In this document: positions 37,058 to 40,392 of the stretch, one piece after another
How positions within the stretch are numbered: the first letter of the stretch is position 1
How the letters are laid out: every line of letters starts with the position of its first letter
Source of the DNA: a virus
Lineage: Duplodnaviria > Caudoviricetes
IMG/VR virus record: IMGVR_UViG_3300031953_000049
Coordinates: 1 to 40,392 of that record
DNA: 40,392 bases
Direction: 5' to 3' (one strand)
The notes under the pieces: model-generated
Told to the model about the DNA's origin: nothing
Seen by the model: the letters and a program-made list of their open reading frames with translations, nothing else
Databases searched by the model: none
Position numbers and translations under genes: made by a program

Positions 37058-37185
37058 GCAAGCAGCATAAGAAGCTGAAGTGCGTGTGCAAGGGAAAGGA
37101 ACTCAGAGTCTATCTGGGAACTGACCACCAGAAACATATTTATAGGTGTCCTCTAGCACTGGGCAACCAGAAGGGTGACCGATGA
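37054..37185 (+). CDS. Small basic CxC/H/C protein (43 aa, not in ORF track)
   Basis: AAGGAG RBS, GTGA and ATGA overlaps; MSKQHKKLKCVCKGKELRVYLGTDHQKHIYRCPLALGNQKGDR. Confidence 0.65.
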   Translation: MSKQHKKLKCVCKGKELRVYLGTDHQKHIYRCPLALGNQKGDR

Positions 37186-38045
37186 AGACCACCGAGGACG
37201 TCATCAAATTCGCTCGTGCTAGGCACCGAGTCTGGGAGGGCAAGCCTGTCAAGAGCCGAGTTCTTACAACGAGGAAGTTCACCAACGTGTTCCGCGTGCT
37301 GGACAGGGGCAGCCAGTATCTACTGGAGCGAATGAACCTGCACGATGATCCTCTAGACCGTCTGATGCTGTCCTACTTCTACCGTCAGGTGAACAGGCCA
37401 GACACCATGGATGCCATCATCGAGAGGAACGATGGCTACGTCCCTGAGGCGTCCGACATCCTGGACCCGAAGTGGTATGACCGCGTCGTGGCACCAGTGG
37501 CAGCAGAACGTCCTGGAGCCTTTCTCAGTGGTGCCTACATGATACTCGTCAGCCCCGGAGATAAGCGGCCGACAGTCCAGAAGATGCAGTCAACCTTCCC
37601 AGCAGCAGGGCCACACCTAGCCCGGATCGCTGCCTTGCCTGACCTTGCCAGCAGGGTCAAAGACCTGCAGAAAGTGGACGGACTAGGGCCATTCATGGCG
37701 ATGCAGATCGCGACGGATATGGGGTACTGCGAAGGCGAGGAAGACCAAGAAAACACGTTCGTACTCGCTGGCCCTGGGAGCAGGATGGGCGTCGGGTTCC
37801 TCATCGGCAAGCCCTACGCCTCTCCTTCGGAGGCGCACGATGTTATCAGCAACTTCCCGGTGGAAGAGCTGCCACCACTGCCTGAAAGCAACGGAAGACC
37901 AGCCAGCTGGATGGACATTCAGAACGTCTTCTGCGAGTTCAGTAAGTACGTTCGTATCAGCGGTCGTGGTGTCAATCCGACTGCCAAGCCTTATGTCACC
38001 AAGGGGACGTTTCCCCTGCACATTCCTTCCCATTTCCAGCAGTAA
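37182..38045 (+). CDS. aGPT-Pplase1-family (HhH-glycosylase-like helical) DNA base-hypermodification protein
   Basis: R..V, L..RKFTNVFRVLDRGSQY, YR..NR.DT, SGAYM, GLGPFMAMQIATD, AGPGS..G, DIQNVFCEFSKY motifs. Confidence 0.85.
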   Translation: MKTTEDVIKFARARHRVWEGKPVKSRVLTTRKFTNVFRVLDRGSQYLLERMNLHDDPLDRLMLSYFYRQVNRPDTMDAIIERNDGYVPEASDILDPKWYDRVVAPVAAERPGAFLSGAYMILVSPGDKRPTVQKMQSTFPAAGPHLARIAALPDLASRVKDLQKVDGLGPFMAMQIATDMGYCEGEEDQENTFVLAGPGSRMGVGFLIGKPYASPSEAHDVISNFPVEELPPLPESNGRPASWMDIQNVFCEFSKYVRISGRGVNPTAKPYVTKGTFPLHIPSHFQQ

Positions 38046-38058
38046 TTTCACAAGAAAC

Positions 38059-38200
38059 CTGAGTAGGGCTACGCTCCGATTTTCGTAGAAAATAATCTGC
38101 GTAACTGTGAGTGTGGCCCTACTCCTATTTCTACAGAAACTTTCTGCGATAATCTGAGTAGGAATTGCACTCCTATTTCTACAGAAAATAAACCTGAAAA
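38059..38200. repeat. Degenerate tandem repeat with 48-bp period
   Basis: ACTCCTATTTCTACAGAAA at 38121 and 38169; degenerate GCTCCGATTTTCGTAGAAA at 38073. Confidence 0.85.
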
Positions 38201-38206
38201 CAGGAG

Positions 38207-38245
38207 TTGCACATCTGAAGAAGTTGACGTATGATGATTACATCA
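38207..38245 (+). promoter_or_regulatory. Early promoter with palindromic box
   Basis: TTGCAC-17 nt-TATGAT; TGATG-ATTA-CATCA. Confidence 0.8.
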
Positions 38246-38270
38246 AGTCAAACTCACCAAGGAGCACATC

Positions 38271-38402
38271 ATGACCTACTCAGCCGCATACATCAAGCGC
38301 GTAGCCGAAGACCTTCGCATCACCGAAGAAGCTGCTGCTGAATGGCTGATCAACGGTGACGATGACAACGATGTTGAAGCTGACTTCGCAGCCCGTTTCT
38401 AA
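38271..38402 (+). CDS. Small acidic early protein (43 aa, not in ORF track)
   Basis: AAGGAG RBS; MTYSAAYIKRVAEDLRITEEAAAEWLINGDDDNDVEADFAARF. Confidence 0.75.
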   Translation: MTYSAAYIKRVAEDLRITEEAAAEWLINGDDDNDVEADFAARF

Positions 38403-38428
38403 TCCACTGACCCACTAAGGAACTCATC

Positions 38429-38665
38429 ATGTCAAACGTTATTCTGAACATCAACTCCAATGCAGGCTACTCAGCTGAGCAGGTTGCCGACGAGAGCATC
38501 ACGCTCTACGCTCTCCTCGAAGCTGTGCAGCAGGCCATCGAAGAGCACGGCGAGGAAGCCAAGGTTGTCCTGAACAACGGTGGTCGCTACGGCGCTAACT
38601 ACGGCAACATCACCGACTCGTTCGACATCTTCTCGGCTGAAGACGAGGAAGACGAAGACTTCTAA
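38429..38665 (+). CDS. Small acidic early protein
   Basis: AAGGAA RBS; 78 aa ending EDEEDEDF. Confidence 0.75.
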   Translation: MSNVILNINSNAGYSAEQVADESITLYALLEAVQQAIEEHGEEAKVVLNNGGRYGANYGNITDSFDIFSAEDEEDEDF

Positions 38666-38671
38666 CATTAG

Positions 38672-38701
38672 TTGAGGAAGGGGGTAGCGCCTCTTCCTCA
38701 A
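38672..38701 (+). terminator. Hairpin overlapping the next promoter
   Basis: TTGAGGAAGGGG-GTAGCG-CCTCTTCCTCAA. Confidence 0.5.
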
Positions 38702-38722
38702 GTAGTGTAGGATGATCATATC
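38685..38722 (+). promoter_or_regulatory. Early promoter with palindromic box
   Basis: TAGCGC-17 nt-TAGGAT followed by GATCATATCAA. Confidence 0.6.
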
Positions 38723-38741
38723 AACTTCAAGGGAGCACAAC

Positions 38742-39005
38742 ATGGACATCAAGAACCTCACCACACAGCAGGCCGAAGCAGTCAAGCTCGTCAACTCTAA
38801 GACGGTCGCCTGCCACACCAGCAGCTACGGACACGACATGTGGACAACCGAAGGCCAGTACCTCGGAAAGCAGATCTCGGCCACACTCACTGGAATGGTT
38901 GCCACTGGTATCATCACCCTTCGCCGTCGCAGGGTTACGGTCTACGCCATCAACGGCACAGTCAACCGCTGGATCGCTACCGTCACACTGGAGAAGGCGA
39001 AATGA
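38742..39005 (+). CDS. Hypothetical early protein
   Basis: ATG 38742 behind AGGGAG. Confidence 0.7.
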   Translation: MDIKNLTTQQAEAVKLVNSKTVACHTSSYGHDMWTTEGQYLGKQISATLTGMVATGIITLRRRRVTVYAINGTVNRWIATVTLEKAK

Positions 39006-39121
39006 GCTTCCTAGTGACCCTTGGCTGGTTCCTGCTGGTGTTCTCGGCGGGGACCTGCTTCGGGGCTATCGTGGCCTTCAACATTGCAGCGGGTTATCAC
39101 GACAGAAAAGAAAATGAATAA
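39002..39121 (+). CDS. Small membrane protein (39 aa)
   Basis: ATGA overlap; MSFLVTLGWFLLVFSAGTCFGAIVAFNIAAGYHDRKENE. Confidence 0.6.
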   Translation: MSFLVTLGWFLLVFSAGTCFGAIVAFNIAAGYHDRKENE

Positions 39122-39136
39122 ACTTTGACTAAAAGC

Positions 39137-39175
39137 TTGTAACTTCAAGATTAGTGATATACGATGATTACATCA
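39137..39175 (+). promoter_or_regulatory. Early promoter with palindromic box
   Basis: TTGTAA-17 nt-TACGAT; GATG-ATTA-CATC. Confidence 0.75.
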
Positions 39176-39204
39176 AGTCAAACTCACTCACCAAGGAGCA
39201 CATC

Positions 39205-39480
39205 ATGGACATCAACTTCACCGCACACGAGACCACAGTCATCAACGCACTCGCCACTGGAGGCTACTTCGGTTTCTTTGACGACGGCATCCAGGCTAAC
39301 TCCACCAGCTGGACCGACGTCTTCACCGATGAAGCAGCTGGTGTCCTCGGTCTCAGTGCCAAGGCTGCCGGAGGAGTTCTCTCCTCGCTCATCAAGAAGG
39401 GTCTGTTCGAGACTGACGGCGAAGAGGGCCTCTACATGACGCAGGCTGGTGCTGACGCAGTACTCGCCCTCCGCAAGTAG
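39205..39480 (+). CDS. Winged-helix-like DNA-binding protein
   Basis: FTAHETTVINAL...LGLSAKAAGGVLSSLIKKGLF...LYMTQAG wHTH pattern; AAGGAG RBS. Confidence 0.65.
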   Translation: MDINFTAHETTVINALATGGYFGFFDDGIQANSTSWTDVFTDEAAGVLGLSAKAAGGVLSSLIKKGLFETDGEEGLYMTQAGADAVLALRK

Positions 39481-39487
39481 CTTGACC

Positions 39488-39521
39488 GGGTCGGCCCTAC
39501 GGGGTCGGCCCTAACTTATTT
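39488..39521 (+). terminator. Intrinsic terminator
   Basis: GGGTCGGCCC-TACG-GGGTCGGCCC (with G-U pairs) followed by TAACTTATTT. Confidence 0.65.
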
Positions 39522-39531
39522 GACTAAGGGC

Positions 39532-39572
39532 TTGCATGTTCAAGTTCTATGCCATATGATGATTATATCAAG
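39532..39572 (+). promoter_or_regulatory. Early promoter with palindromic box
   Basis: TTGCAT-17 nt-TATGAT followed by GATTATATCAAG. Confidence 0.8.
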
Positions 39573-39602
39573 CAAGTCCACATCAACTTCAAGGAGCACG
39601 CC

Positions 39603-39872
39603 ATGAACATCTACAAGATGAACACCGAAGAGATTTCCAGCATCGCGTTCTGGGACATCGAGAGCGCTACTGACTTCGCTAACTACAGCACAGACGTCAT
39701 CGGTTACTTCACCATCGAGCAGAACGCCATGGACGGTCGCTACTACATCGTGTCTAACACAGAGAAGAACGAACAGTACAAGCTGGGTCTCTTCATTATC
39801 ATCAGCCAAAGCTGGGGATCATCGCAAGAGATCACCTCAGCCTTCAATGAGCTAGTCGCTCTCAACAAGTAA
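39603..39872 (+). CDS. Hypothetical early protein
   Basis: ATG 39603 behind AAGGAG. Confidence 0.75.
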   Translation: MNIYKMNTEEISSIAFWDIESATDFANYSTDVIGYFTIEQNAMDGRYYIVSNTEKNEQYKLGLFIIISQSWGSSQEITSAFNELVALNK

Positions 39873-39878
39873 CCCACT

Positions 39879-39901
39879 CGGGGAGGTCACAATGGCCTCC
39901 C
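39879..39901 (+). terminator. Hairpin, putative terminator
   Basis: GGGGAGGTCA-CAA-TGGCCTCCCC after the stop codon. Confidence 0.5.
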
Positions 39902-39924
39902 CCCTAAGCACTAGGAGCAAGACC

Positions 39925-40056
39925 ATGACTGACAAGCCAGTTGTCTACTTTGACAAGAAGGAAAATGAGTGGGTATCCACTGACGGACAGCGTGTCTGTC
40001 AAGACCACGGTAACTCCTTGCCCTGCCCACACAATCACGGAAGGAAGAAGTCATGA
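39925..40056 (+). CDS. Small Cys/His protein (43 aa, not in ORF track)
   Basis: AGGAG RBS; ...VCQDHGNSLPCPHNH... Confidence 0.65.
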   Translation: MTDKPVVYFDKKENEWVSTDGQRVCQDHGNSLPCPHNHGRKKS

Positions 40057-40232
40057 CTCACACCGGACAGCACCTCCAAGGCTGTGTAAGCTGCTATAAG
40101 TTCAACGACGTGCAAGCCAAGCTGGAGCAGGCTGCCGAGGCCTACAAGTCGGGTCTCGTGCCCAGTCGCCCCACACTGGCTAAGGTCAAGCGCCTCATCC
40201 GTCAGAAACTTATTCTTCAAGGTATTGCATAA
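40053..40232 (+). CDS. Small hypothetical protein (59 aa, not in ORF track)
   Basis: ATGA overlap; MTHTGQHLQGCVSCYKFNDVQAKLEQAAEAYKSGLVPSRPTLAKVKRLIRQKLILQGIA. Confidence 0.65.
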   Translation: MTHTGQHLQGCVSCYKFNDVQAKLEQAAEAYKSGLVPSRPTLAKVKRLIRQKLILQGIA

Positions 40233-40264
40233 TCCTGAATATGATGTAAGCTGATCATATCAAG
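40225..40264 (+). promoter_or_regulatory. Early-type promoter for the gene at 24..764, reading across the circular join
   Basis: TTGCAT-16 nt-TAAGCT followed by GATCATATCAAG. Confidence 0.6.
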
Positions 40265-40265
40265 T

Positions 40266-40392
40266 CCACCTCATAAGGAGTCCACCTCATGTCAACTGCA
40301 ACTGAAAAGAAGATCGAACTGATCAACCAGCTTCTCGCCAAGGCCGAGAAGACCACGCCGGAAGAGGCTGAAGCCCTCACCGAGCACGCTGA
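40266..40392. repeat. 127-bp terminal direct repeat, right copy
   Basis: Identical to bases 1-127. Confidence 0.95.

Noticed and set aside
38073-38187. Mini CRISPR array (19-bp repeat, 29-bp spacers; ATTTCTAC resembles the start of Cas12a repeats)
   Set aside because: The spacers resemble each other, the GTAGAT half of the Cas12a hairpin is missing and there is no cas operon; it is a tandem repeat
1-40392. Apparent abundance of CTAG and possible amber recoding
   Set aside because: A rough count over the first 6 kb looks near random expectation; TAG ends many genes, and core ORFs are intact under the standard code

Overview
This window is very probably the complete genome of a lytic, long-tailed (siphovirus-type) actinobacteriophage: 40,265 bp unique plus a 127-bp terminal overlap. 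Its gene order closely resembles Microbacterium cluster-EA-type phages, so a Microbacteriaceae host is inferred, not proven. The + strand (35.6 kb through the contig end to 14.9 kb) carries small early genes behind sigmaA-like promoters, a nucleotide/DNA-modification cluster and replication genes (SNF2 helicase, family A polymerase, Cas4-like nuclease, AAA ATPase, SSB-like protein, VRR-Nuc, primase-helicase). The - strand (35.3 to 15.0 kb) carries terminases, portal, a MuF-ADP-ribosyltransferase fusion, capsid, tail and lysis genes. No integrase or repressor was seen. The main highlight is a T-even-like cytosine-modification pathway (dCMP hydroxymethylase-like enzyme with the cytosine-specifying Asp, DNA glycosyltransferase, dNMP kinase, dCTPase/dUTPase, dCMP deaminase) found together with an aGPT-Pplase1-family protein normally tied to thymidine hypermodification. 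Other highlights are a tRNA with an Ala-type body and Leu (CAA) anticodon, a sortase-anchored LAXTG surface protein, a membrane-anchored endolysin whose expected catalytic His is Asp, a palindromic box shared by early promoters, and a 48-bp-period repeat. All family assignments come from motifs recognised by eye; no database search was run.
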